NCBI GenBank assembly: GCA_964016885.1
Contig: OZ024740.1
Location: 439,952,001 to 440,016,000, forward strand
Source of the DNA: Eledone cirrhosa
Lineage: Eukaryota
Length of the DNA: 64,000 nt
Direction of reading: 5' to 3'
A program made the translations under genes and the position numbers. Under the pieces are notes generated by a model. The model had not been told where the DNA came from and made no database searches. It was given only the letters and a program-made list of their open reading frames with translations. Of this stretch, positions 34,501-49,900 are shown piece by piece (within the stretch, counting starts at the first letter, position 1; each line of letters opens with the position of its first letter).

Positions 34501-35720
34501 TCTATATAATAACACATGTCTGACATCTATATAATAACACCAGATCTCTGACATCTATATAATAACACCACATGTGACATCTATATAATAACACCACACG
34601 TCTGACATCTATATAATAACACCATATGTCTGACATCTATATAATAACACCAGAAGTCTGACATCTATTTAATAACACCACAAGTCTGACATCTATACAA
34701 TAATATCACATGTCAGACATCTATATAATAACACCAGATGTCTGACATCTATATAATAACACCACATGTCTGGCATCTATATAATAACACCACATGTCTG
34801 ACAACTATATAATAACAGCACATGTCTGACATCTATGTAATAGCATCACATGTCTGACATCTATACAATAACACCACATGTCTGACATCTATATAATAAC
34901 ACCACAAGTCTGACATCTATATAATGACACCACAAGTCTGACATCTATATAATAACACCACAAGTCTGACATCTATACAATAATACCACATGTCTGACAT
35001 CTATATAATAACACCACAGGTATGACATCTATATAATAACACCACATGTGACATCTATATAATAACACCACATGTCTGACATCTATAAATTAACACCACA
35101 TGTCTGACATCTATATAATAAGACCACAAGTCTGACATCTATATAATAACACCACAAGTCTGAAATCTATATAATAACACCACAAATCTGACATCTATAT
35201 AATAAAACCACATGTCTGACATCTATATAATAGCACCACAATTCTGACATCTATATAACAACACCACATGTCTGACATCTATATAATAACACCACATGTA
35301 TGACATCTATATAATAACACAACATGTCTGACATATATATAATAACCCCAGATGTCTGACATCTATATAATAACACATGTCTGACATCTATATAATAACA
35401 GCACATGTCTGACATCTATATAATAACACCACAAGTCTGACATCTATATAATAACACCACATGTCTGACATCTATATAATAACACCACATGTGACATCTA
35501 TATAATAACACCAAATGTCTGACATCTATATAACAACACCACATGTCTGACATCTATATAATAACACCACATGTCTGACATCTATATAATAACACCACAC
35601 GTCTGACATCTATATAATAACACCACAAGTCTGAGATCTATACAATAATACCAGATGTCTGACATCTATATAATAACACCACATGTCTGACTTCTATATA
35701 ATAACACCACATGTCTGACA
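31560..35720. repeat. Tandem duplication, unit 2084 bp
   Basis: Private variant ATGTGTTACA at 32021/34105 and TCAGAC at 32631/34715. CATATCTGATAT and TATGTAATAGC are present in both copies. Confidence 0.82.
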
Positions 35721-37449
35721 TCTATATAATAACAGCACATGTCTGACATCTATATAATAGCACCACATGTCTGATATCTATACAATAACACCACATGTCT
35801 GACATCTATATAATAACACCACAAGTCTGACATCTATATAATAACACCACAAGTCTGACATCTATACAATAATACCACATGTCTGACATCTATACAATAA
35901 TACCACATGTCTGACATCTATACAATAATACCACATGTCTGACATCTATATAATAACACCACAAGTCTGACATCTATATAATAACACCACATGTCTGACA
36001 TCTATATAATAACACCACAAGTCTGACATCTATATAATAACACCACATGTCTGACATCTATATAATAACACCAGAAGTCTGATATCTATATAATAACACC
36101 ATAAGTCTGACATCTATACGATAATACCACATGTCTGACATCTATATAATAACACCACATGCCTGACATATATATAGTAACACCACATGTCTGACATCTA
36201 TATAATAACACCACCTCTCTGACATCTATACAATAATACCACATGTCTGACATCTATATAATAACACCACATGCCTGACATCTATATAATAACACCACAT
36301 GTCTGACATCTATAAATTAACACCACATGTATGACATCTATATAATGACACCACAAGTCTGATATCTATATAATAACACCACAAATCTGACATCTATATA
36401 ATAACACCACATGTCTGACATCTATATAATAGCACCACAATTCTGACATCTATATAACAACACCATATGTCTGACATCTATATAATAACCCCAGATGTCT
36501 GACATCTATATAATAACACAACATGTCTGACATCTATATAATAACAGCACATGTCTGACATCTATATAATAACACCACATGTCTGACATCTATGTAACAA
36601 CACCACATGTCTGACATCTATATAATAACACCACAAGTCTGACATCTATATAATAACACCACATGTCTGACATCTTTATAATAACACCACATGTGACATC
36701 TATATAATAACACCACAAGTCTGACATCTATACAATAACACAACATGTCTGACATCTATATAATTACACCACAAGTCTGACTTCTATATAATAACACCAC
36801 ATGTCTGACATCTATATAATAACAGCACATGTCTGACATCTATATAATAGCACCACATGTCTGATATCTATACAATAACACCACATGTCTGACATCTATA
36901 TAATAACACCACAAGTCTGACATCTATATAATAACACCACAAGTCTGACATCTATACAATAATACCACATGTCTGACATCTATACAATAATACCACATGT
37001 CTGACATCTATACAATAATACCACATGTCTGACATCTATACAATAATACCACATGTCTGACATCTATATAATAACACCACAAGTCTGACATCTATATAAT
37101 AACACCACATGTCTGACATCTATATAATAACACCGCATGTGACATCTATATAATAACACCACATGTCTGACAACTATAAATTAACACCACATGTCTGACA
37201 TCTATATAATAACACCACAAGTCTGACTTCTATATAATAACATCACAAGTCTGACATCTATATAATAACACCACATGTCTTACATCTATATAATAACACC
37301 ACATGTCTGATATCTATATAATAACACCACAATTCTGACATCTATATAATAACACCACATGTCTGACATCTATATAATAACACCACATTTATGACATCTA
37401 TATAATAACACATGTCTGACATCTATATAATAACACCAGATGTCTGACA

Positions 37450-40400
37450 TCTATATAATAACACCACATGTGACATCTATATAATAACACCACACGTCTG
37501 ACATCTATATAATAACACCATATGTCTGACATCTATATAATAACACCAGAAGTCTGACATCTATTTAATAACACCACAAGTCTGACATCTATACAATAAT
37601 ATCACATGTCAGACATCTATATAATAACACCAGATGTCTGACATCTATATAATAACACCACATGTGACATATATATAATAACACCACATGTCTGACATCT
37701 ATATAATAACACCACATGTCTGGCATCTATATAATAACACCACATGTCTGACAACTATATAATAACAGCACATGTCTGACATCTATATAATAGCATCACA
37801 TGTCTGACATCTATACAATAACACCACATGTCTGACATCTATATAATAACACCACAAGTCTGACATCTATATAATAACACCACAAGTCTGACATCTATAT
37901 AATAACACCACAAGTCTGACATCTATACAATAATACCACATGTCTGACATCTATATAATAACACCACAGGTATGACATCTATATAATAACACCACATGTG
38001 ACATCTATATAATAACACCACATGTCTGACATCTATAAATTAACACCACATGTCTGACATCTATATAATAAGACCACAAGTCTGACATCTATATAATAAC
38101 ACCACAAGTCTGAAATCTATATAATAACACCACAAATCTGACATCTATATAATAACACCACATGTCTGACATCTATATAATAGCACCTCAATTCTGACAT
38201 CTATATAACAACACCACATGTCTGACATCTATATAATAACACCACATGTATGACATCTATATAATAACACAACATGTCTGACATATATATAATAACCCCA
38301 GATGTCTGACATCTATATAATAACACATGTCTGACATCTATATAATAACAGCACATGTCTGACATCTATATAATAACACCACAAGTCTGACATCTATATA
38401 ATAACACCACATGTCTGACATCTATATAATAACACCACATGTGACATCTATATAATAACACCAAATGTCTGACATCTATATAACAACACCACATGTCTGA
38501 CATCTATATAATAACACCACATGTCTGACATCTATATAATAACACCACAAGTCTGACATCTATATAATAACACCACAAGTCTGAGATCTATACAATAATA
38601 CCAGATGTCTGACATCTATATAATAACACCACATGTCTGACTTCTATATAATAACACCACATGTCTGACATCTATATAATAACAGCACATGTCTGACATC
38701 TATATAATAGCACCACATGTCTGATATCTATACAATAACACCACATGTCTGACATCTATATAATAACACCACAAGTCTGACATCTATATAATAACACCAC
38801 AAGTCTGACATCTATACAATAATACCACATGTCTGACATCTATACAATAATACCACATGTCTGACATCTATACAATAATACCACATGTCTGACATCTATA
38901 TAATAACACCACAAGTCTGACATCTATATAATAACACCACATGTCTGACATCTATATAATAACACCACAAGTCTGACATCTATATAATAACACCACATGT
39001 CTGACATCTATATAATAACACCAGAAGTCTGATATCTATATAATAACACCATAAGTCTGACATCTATACGATAATACCACATGTCTGACATCTATATAAT
39101 AACACCACATGCCTGACATATATATAGTAACACCACATGTCTGACATCTATATAATAACACCACCTCTCTGACATCTATACAATAATACCACATGTCTGA
39201 CATCTATATAATAACACCACATGCCTGACATCTATATAATAACACCACATGTCTGACATCTATAAATTAACACCACATGTATGACATCTATATAATGACA
39301 CCACAAGTCTGACATCTATATAATAACACCACAAATCTGACATCTATATAATAACACCACATGTCTGACATCTATATAATAGCACCACAATTCTGACATC
39401 TATATAACAACACCATATGTCTGACATCTATATAATAACCCCAGATGTCTGACATCTATATAATAACACAACATGTCTGACATCTATATAATAACACCAA
39501 ATGTCTGACATCTATGTAACAACACCACATGTCTGCCATCTATATAATAACACCACAAGTCTGACATCTATATAATAACACCACATGTCTGACATCTTTA
39601 TAATAACACCACATGTGACATCTATATAATAACACCAAATGTCTGACATCTATATAACAACACCACATGTCTGACATCTATATAATAACACCACATGTCT
39701 GACATCTATATATTAACACCACATGTCTGCCATCTATATAATGACACCAGTTGTCTGGCATCTATATAATAACACCACAAGTCTGACATCTATACAATAA
39801 CACAACATGTCTGACATCTATATAATTACACCACAAGTCTGACTTCTATATAATAACACCACATGTCTGACATCTATATAATAACAGCACATGTCTGACA
39901 TCTATATAATAGCACCACATGTCTGATATCTATACAATAACACCACATGTCTGACATCTATATAATTACACCACAAGTCTGACATCTATATAATAACACC
40001 ACAAGTCTGACATCTATACAATAATACCACATGTCTGACATCTATACAATAATACCACATGTCTGACATCTATACAATAATACCACATGTCTGACATCTA
40101 TATAATAACACCACAAGTCTGACATCTATATAATAACACCACATGTCTGACATCTATATAATAACACCGCATGTGACATCTATATAATAACACCACATGT
40201 CTGACAACTATAAATTAACACCACATGTCTGACATCTATATAATAACACCACAAGTCTGACTTCTATATAATAACATCACAAGTCTGACATCTATATAAT
40301 AACACCACATCTCTTACATCTATATAATAACACCACATGTCTGATATCTATATAATAACACCACAATTCTGACATCTATATAATAACACCACATGTCTGA

Positions 40401-43400
40401 CATCTATATAATAACACCACATGTATGACATCTATATAATAACACATGTCTGACATCTATATAATAACACCAGATGTCTGACATCTATATAATAACACCA
40501 CATGTGACATCTATATAATAACACCACACGTCTGACATCTATATAATAACACCATATGTCTGACATCTATATAATAACACCAGAAGTCTGACATCTATTT
40601 AATAACACCACAAGTCTGACATCTATACAATAATATCACATGTCAGACATCTATATAATAACACCAGATGTCTGACATCTATATAATAACACCACATGTG
40701 ACATATATATAATAACACCACATGTCTGACATCTATATAATAACACCACATGTCTGGCATCTATATAATAACACCACATGTCTGACAACTATATAATAAC
40801 AGCACATGTCTGACATCTATATAATAGCATCACATGTCTGACATCTATACAATAACACCACATGTCTGACATCTATATAATAACACCACAAGTCTGACAT
40901 CTATATAATAACACCACAAGTCTGACATCTATATAATAACACCACAAGTCTGACATCTATACAATAATACCACATGTCTGACATCTATATAATAACACCA
41001 CAGGTATGACATCTATATAATAACACCACATGTGACATCTATATAATAACACCACATGTCTGACATCTATAAATTAACACCACATGTCTGACATCTATAT
41101 AATAAGACCACAAGTCTGACATCTATATAATAACACCACAAGTCTGAAATCTATATAATAACACCACAAATCTGACATCTATATAATAACACCACATGTC
41201 TGACATCTATATAATAGCACCTCAATTCTGACATCTATATAACAACACCACATGTCTGACATCTATATAATAACACCACATGTATGACATCTATATAATA
41301 ACACAACATGTCTGACATATATATAATAACCCCAGATGTCTGACATCTATATAATAACACATGTCTGACATCTATATAATAACAGCACATGTCTGACATC
41401 TATATAATAACACCACAAGTCTGACATCTATATAATAACACCACATGTCTGACATCTATATAATAACACCACATGTGACATCTATATAATAACACCAAAT
41501 GTCTGACATCTATATAACAACACCACATGTCTGACATCTATATAATAACACCACATGTCTGACATCTATATAATAACACCACAAGTCTGACATCTATATA
41601 ATAACACCACAAGTCTGAGATCTATACAATAATACCAGATGTCTGACATCTATATAATAACACCACATGTCTGACTTCTATATAATAACACCACATGTCT
41701 GACATCTATATAATAACAGCACATGTCTGACATCTATATAATAGCACCACATGTCTGATATCTATACAATAACACCACATGTCTGACATCTATATAATAA
41801 CACCACAAGTCTGACATCTATATAATAACACCACAAGTCTGACATCTATACAATAATACCACATGTCTGACATCTATACAATAATACCACATGTCTGACA
41901 TCTATACAATAATACCACATGTCTGACATCTATATAATAACACCACAAGTCTGACATCTATATAATAACACCACATGTCTGACATCTATATAATAACACC
42001 ACAAGTCTGACATCTATATAATAACACCACATGTCTGACATCTATATAATAACACCAGAAGTCTGATATCTATATAATAACACCATAAGTCTGACATCTA
42101 TACGATAATACCACATGTCTGACATCTATATAATAACACCACATGCCTGACATATATATAGTAACACCACATGTCTGACATCTATATAATAACACCACCT
42201 CTCTGACATCTATACAATAATACCACATGTCTGACATCTATATAATAACACCACATGCCTGACATCTATATAATAACACCACATGTCTGACATCTATAAA
42301 TTAACACCACATGTATGACATCTATATAATGACACCACAAGTCTGACATCTATATAATAACACCACAAATCTGACATCTATATAATAACACCACATGTCT
42401 GACATCTATATAATAGCACCACAATTCTGACATCTATATAACAACACCATATGTCTGACATCTATATAATAACCCCAGATGTCTGACATCTATATAATAA
42501 CACAACATGTCTGACATCTATATAATAACACCAAATGTCTGACATCTATGTAACAACACCACATGTCTGCCATCTATATAATAACACCACAAGTCTGACA
42601 TCTATATAATAACACCACATGTCTGACATCTTTATAATAACACCACATGTGACATCTATATAATAACACCAAATGTCTGACATCTATATAACAACACCAC
42701 ATGTCTGACATCTATATAATAACACCACATGTCTGACATCTATATATTAACACCACATGTCTGCCATCTATATAATGACACCAGTTGTCTGGCATCTATA
42801 TAATAACACCACAAGTCTGACATCTATACAATAACACAACATGTCTGACATCTATATAATTACACCACAAGTCTGACTTCTATATAATAACACCACATGT
42901 CTGACATCTATATAATAACAGCACATGTCTGACATCTATATAATAGCACCACATGTCTGATATCTATACAATAACACCACATGTCTGACATCTATATAAT
43001 TACACCACAAGTCTGACATCTATATAATAACACCACAAGTCTGACATCTATACAATAATACCACATGTCTGACATCTATACAATAATACCACATGTCTGA
43101 CATCTATACAATAATACCACATGTCTGACATCTATATAATAACACCACAAGTCTGACATCTATATAATAACACCACATGTCTGACATCTATATAATAACA
43201 CCGCATGTGACATCTATATAATAACACCACATGTCTGACAACTATAAATTAACACCACATGTCTGACATCTATATAATAACACCACAAGTCTGACTTCTA
43301 TATAATAACATCACAAGTCTGACATCTATATAATAACACCACATCTCTTACATCTATATAATAACACCACATGTCTGATATCTATATAATAACACCACAA

Positions 43401-43600
43401 TTCTGACATCTATATAATAACACCACATGTCTGACATCTATATAATAACACCACATGTATGACATCTATATAATAACACATGTCTGACATCTATATAATA
43501 ACACCAGATGTCTGACATCTATATAATAACACCACATGTGACATCTATATAATAACACCACACGTCTGACATCTATATAATAACACCATATGTCTGACAT
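37450..43600. repeat. Two near-identical consecutive HOR copies, unit 3034 bp (about 109 monomers)
   Basis: TCAGAC at 37611/40645/43679, private GCACCTCAATTC at 38188/41222 and CATCTCTTAC at 40311/43345 all give an offset of 3034. Confidence 0.87.
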
Positions 43601-43919
43601 CTATATAATAATACCAGAAGTCTGACATCTATTTAATAACACCACAAGTCTGACATCTATACAATAATATCACATGTCAGACATCTATATAATAACACCA
43701 GATGTCTGACATCTATATAATAACACCACATGTGACATATATATAATAACACCACATGTCTGACATCTATATAATAACACCACATGTCTGGCATCTATAT
43801 AATAACACCACATGTCTGACAACTATATAATAACAGCACATGTCTGACATCTATATAATAGCATCACATGCCTGACATCTATACAATAACACCACATGTC
43901 TGACATCTATATAATAACA

Positions 43920-46900
43920 CCACAAGTCTGACATCTATATAATAACACCACAAGTCTGACATCTATATAATAACACCACAAGTCTGACATCTATACAATA
44001 ATACCACATGTCTGACATCTATATAATAACACCACAGGTATGACATCTATATAATAACACCACATGTGACATCTATATAATAACACCACATGGCTGACAT
44101 CTATAAATTAACACCACATGTCTGACATCTATATAATAAGACCACAAGTCTGACATCTATATAATAACACCACAAGTCTGAAATCTATATAATAACACCA
44201 CAAATCTGACATCTATATAATAACACCACATGTCTGACATCTATATAATAGCACCACAATTCTGACATCTATATAACAACACCACATGTCTGACATCTAT
44301 ATAATAACACCACATGTATGACATCTATATAATAACACAACATGTCTGACATATATATAATAACCCCAGATGTCTGACATCTATATAATAACACATGTCT
44401 GACATCTATATAATAACAGTACATGTCTGACATCTATATAATAACACCACTAGTCTGACATCTATATAATAACACCACATGTCTGACATCTATATAATAA
44501 CACCACATGTCTGACATCTATATAATAACACCACATGTGACATATATATAATAACACCACATGTCTGACATCTATATAATAACACCACATGTCTGGCATC
44601 TATATAATAACACCACATGTCTGACAACTATATAATAACAGCACATGTCTGACATCTATATAATAGCATCACATGTCTGACATCTATACAATAACACCAC
44701 ATGTCTGACATCTATATAATAACACCACAAGTCTGACATCTATATAATAACACCACAAGTCTGACATCTATATAATAACACCACAAGTCTGACATCTATA
44801 CAATAATACCACATGTCTGACATCTATATAATAACACCACAGGTATGACATCTATATAATAACACCACATGTGACATCTATATAATAACACCACATGTCT
44901 GACATCTATAAATTAACACCACATGTCTGACATCTATATAATAAGACCACAAGTCTGACATCTATATAATAACACCACAAGTCTGAAATCTATATAATAA
45001 CACCACAAATCTGACATCTATATAATAACACCACATGTCTGACATCTATATAATAGCACCACAATTCTGACATCTATATAACAACACCACATGTCTGACA
45101 TCTATATAATAACACCACATGTATGACATCTATATAATAACACAACATGTCTGACATATATATAATAACCCCAGATGTCTGACATCTATATAATAACACA
45201 TGTCTGACATCTATATAATAACAGCACATGTCTGACATCTATATAATAACACCACAAGTCTGACATCTATATAATAACACCACATGTCTGACATCTATAT
45301 AATAACACCACATGTGGCATCTATATAATAACACCAAATGTCTGACATCTATATAACAACACCACATGTCTGACATCTATATAATTACAGCACATGTTTG
45401 ACATCTATATAATAACACCACAAGTCTGACATCTATATAATAACACCACAAGTCTGAGATCTATACAATAATACCAGATGTCTCACGTCTATATAATAAC
45501 ACCACATGTCTGACTTCTATATAATAACACCACATGTCTGACATCTATATAATAACAGCACATGTCTGACATCTATATAATAGCACCACATGTCTGATAT
45601 CTATACAATAACACCACATGTCTGACATCTATATAATAACACCACAAGTCTGACATCTATATAATAACACCACAAGTCTGACATCTATACAATAATACCA
45701 TATGTCTGACATCTATACAATAATACCACATGTCTGACATCTATACAATAATACCACATGTCTGACATCTATATAATAACACCACAAGTCTGACATCTAT
45801 ATAATAACACCACATGTCTGACATCTATATAATAACACCGCATGTGACATCTATATAATAACACCACATGTCTGACAACTATAAATTAACACCACATGTC
45901 TGACATCTATATAATAACACCACAAGTCTGACATCTATATAATAACACCACAAATCTGACATCTATATAATAACACCACAAGTCTGACATCTATATAATA
46001 ACACCACATGTCTGATATCTATATAATAACACCACAAATCTGACATCTATATAATAACACCACATGTCTGACATCTATATAATAACACCACATGTATGAC
46101 ATCTATATAATAACACATGTCTGACATCTATATAATAACACCAGATGTCTGACATCTATATAATAACACCACATGTGACATCGATATAATAACACCACAC
46201 GTCTGACATCTATATAATAACACCATATGTCTGACATCAATATAATAACACCAGAAGTCTGACATCTATTTAATAACACCACAAGTCTGACATCTATACA
46301 ATAATATCACATGTCTGACATCTATATAATAACACCAGATGTCTGACATCTATATAATAACACCACATGTGACACATATATAATAACACCACATGTCTGA
46401 CATCTATATAATAACACCACATGTCTGGCATCTATATAATAACACCACATGTCTGACGTCTATATAATAACAGCACATGTCTGACATCTATATAATAGCA
46501 TAACATGTCTGACATCTATACAATAACACCACATGTCTGACATCTATATAATAACACCACAAGTCTGACATCTATATAATAACACCACAAGTCTGACATC
46601 TATATAATAACACCAGATGTCTGACATCTATATAATAACACCAGATGTCTGACATCAATGTAATAACACCACATGTCTGCCATCTATATAATAACACCAC
46701 ATCTCTGACATCTATATAATAACACCACATGTATGACATCTATATAATAACACATGTCTGACATCTATATAATAACACCAGATGTCTGACATCTATATAA
46801 TAACACCACATGTGACATCGATATAATAACACCACACGTCTGACATCTATATAATAACACCATATGTCTGACATCAATATAATAACACCAGAAGTCTGAC

Positions 46901-49900
46901 ATCTATTTAATAACACCACAAGTCTGACATCTATACAATAATATCACATGTCTGACATCTATATAATAACACCAGATGTCTGACATATATATAATAACAC
47001 CACATGTCTGACATGTATATAATTACATCACAAATCTCACATCTATATAATAACACCACAAGTCTGACATCTATACAATAATACCACATGTCTGACATCT
47101 ATATAATAACACCAGATGTCTGACATCTATATAATAACACCACAAGTGACATCTATATAATAACACCACATGTCTGACATCTATATAATAACACCACAAG
47201 TCTGACATCTATATAATAACACCACATGTCTGACATCTATATAATAACATCACATGTGTGACATCTATATAATAACACCACATGTCTGACATCAATCTAA
47301 TAACACCACAAGTCTGACATCTATATAATAACACCACAAGTCTGACATCGATATAATAATACCATATGTCTGACATCTATATAATAACACCACATCTCTG
47401 ACATCTATATAATAACACCACAAGTCTGACATCTATATAATAACACCACATGTCTGACGTCTATATAATAACACCAGAGGCCTGACATCTATATAAGAAC
47501 ACAACATGTCTGACATCTATATAATAACACCATATGTCTGACATCTATATAATAACACCATAAGTCTGACATCTATTTAATAACACCACAAGTCTGACAT
47601 CTATACAATAATACCACATGTCTGACATCTATATAATAACACCAGATGTCTGACATCTATATAATAACACAACATGTGACATATATAATAACACCACATG
47701 TCTGACATCTATATAATAACACCACATGTCTGACATCTATATAATAACACCAGATGTCTAACATCTATATAATAACACATGTATGACATCTATATAATAA
47801 CACCACATGTCTGACATCTATATAATAACACCACACGTCTGACATCTATATAATAACACCACATGTCTGACATCTATATAATAACACCACATGTCTGACA
47901 TATATATAATAACACCAGATGTCTGACAGCTATATAATAACACCACATGTGACGTCAATATAATAACACAACATGTCTGACATCTATATAATAACACAAC
48001 ATGTCTGACATCTATATAATAACACCAGATGTTTGACATCTATATAATAACACCACCTGTCTGACATCTATATAATAACACCACAAGTCTGACATCTATA
48101 TAGTAACACCAGAGGCCTGACATCTATATAATAACACCACAAGTCTGACATATATATAATAACACCACAAGTCTCACATCTATATAATAACACCAGATGT
48201 CTGACATCTATATAATAACACCACAAGTCTGACATCTATATAATAACACCACAAGTCTGACATCTATATAATAACACCACAAGTCTGACATCTATACAAT
48301 AATACCACATGTCTGACATCTATATAATAACACCACAGGTATGACATCTATATAATAACACCACATGTGACATCTATATAATAACACCACATGGCTGACA
48401 TCTATAAATTAACACCACATGTCTGACATCTATATAATAAGACCACAAGTCTGACATCTATATAATAACACCACAAGTCTGAAATCTATATAATAACACC
48501 ACAAATCTGACATCTATATAATAACACCACATGTCTGACATCTATATAATAGCACCACAATTCTGACATCTATATAACAACACCACATGTCTGACATCTA
48601 TATAATAACACCACATGTATGACATCTATATAATAACACAACATGTCTGACATATATATAATAACCCCAGATGTCTGACATCTATATAATAACACATGTC
48701 TGACATCTATATAATAACAGTACATGTCTGACATCTATATAATAACACCACTAGTCTGACATCTATATAATAACACCACATGTCTGACATCTATATAATA
48801 ACACCACATGTCTGACATCTATATAATAACACCACATGTGACATATATATAATAACACCACATGTCTGACATCTATATAATAACACCACATGTCTGGCAT
48901 CTATATAATAACACCACATGTCTGACAACTATATAATAACAGCACATGTCTGACATCTATATAATAGCATCACATGTCTGACATCTATACAATAACACCA
49001 CATGTCTGACATCTATATAATAACACCACAAGTCTGACATCTATATAATAACACCACAAGTCTGACATCTATATAATAACACCACAAGTCTGACATCTAT
49101 ACAATAATACCACATGTCTGACATCTATATAATAACACCACAGGTATGACATCTATATAATAACACCACATGTGACATCTATATAATAACACCACATGTC
49201 TGACATCTATAAATTAACACCACATGTCTGACATCTATATAATAAGACCACAAGTCTGACATCTATATAATAACACCACAAGTCTGAAATCTATATAATA
49301 ACACCACAAATCTGACATCTATATAATAACACCACATGTCTGACATCTATATAATAGCACCACAATTCTGACATCTATATAACAACACCACATGTCTGAC
49401 ATCTATATAATAACACCACATGTATGACATCTATATAATAACACAACATGTCTGACATATATATAATAACCCCAGATGTCTGACATCTATATAATAACAC
49501 ATGTCTGACATCTATATAATAACAGCACATGTCTGACATCTATATAATAACACCACAAGTCTGACATCTATATAATAACACCACATGTCTGACATCTATA
49601 TAATAACACCACATGTGGCATCTATATAATAACACCAATGTCTGACATCTATATAACAACACCACATGTCTGACATCTATATAATAACAGCACATGTTTG
49701 ACATCTATATAATAACACCACAAGTCTGACATCTATATAATAACACCACAAGTCTGAGATCTATACAATAATACCAGATGTCTCACGTCTATATAATAAC
49801 ACCACATGTCTGACTTCTATATAATAACACCACATGTCTGACATCTATATAATAACAGCACATGTCTGACATCTATATAATAGCACCACATGTCTGATAT

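Larger units (their letters stand above)
1..45300. repeat. Left variant domain of the satellite, an irregular HOR of about 3 kb built from recurring blocks of variant monomers
   Basis: The marker AATATCACATGTCAGAC occurs at about 2256, 3059, 5790, 7622, 8425, 10229, 14577, 17639, 19557, 22111, 25505, 28261, 32631, 34715, 37611, 40645 and 43679, and I did not see it afterwards. Other domain markers are CCAGTTGTCTGG, CAGGTATG, TAAGACC, CTGAAATC, AACCCCAGA and GTCTTAC. Confidence 0.85.

Noticed and set aside
47002-47016. p53-like response element (CATG...CATG)
   Set aside because: The flanks do not fit RRRCWWGYYY, and the two cores are not at the canonical 10-bp spacing.
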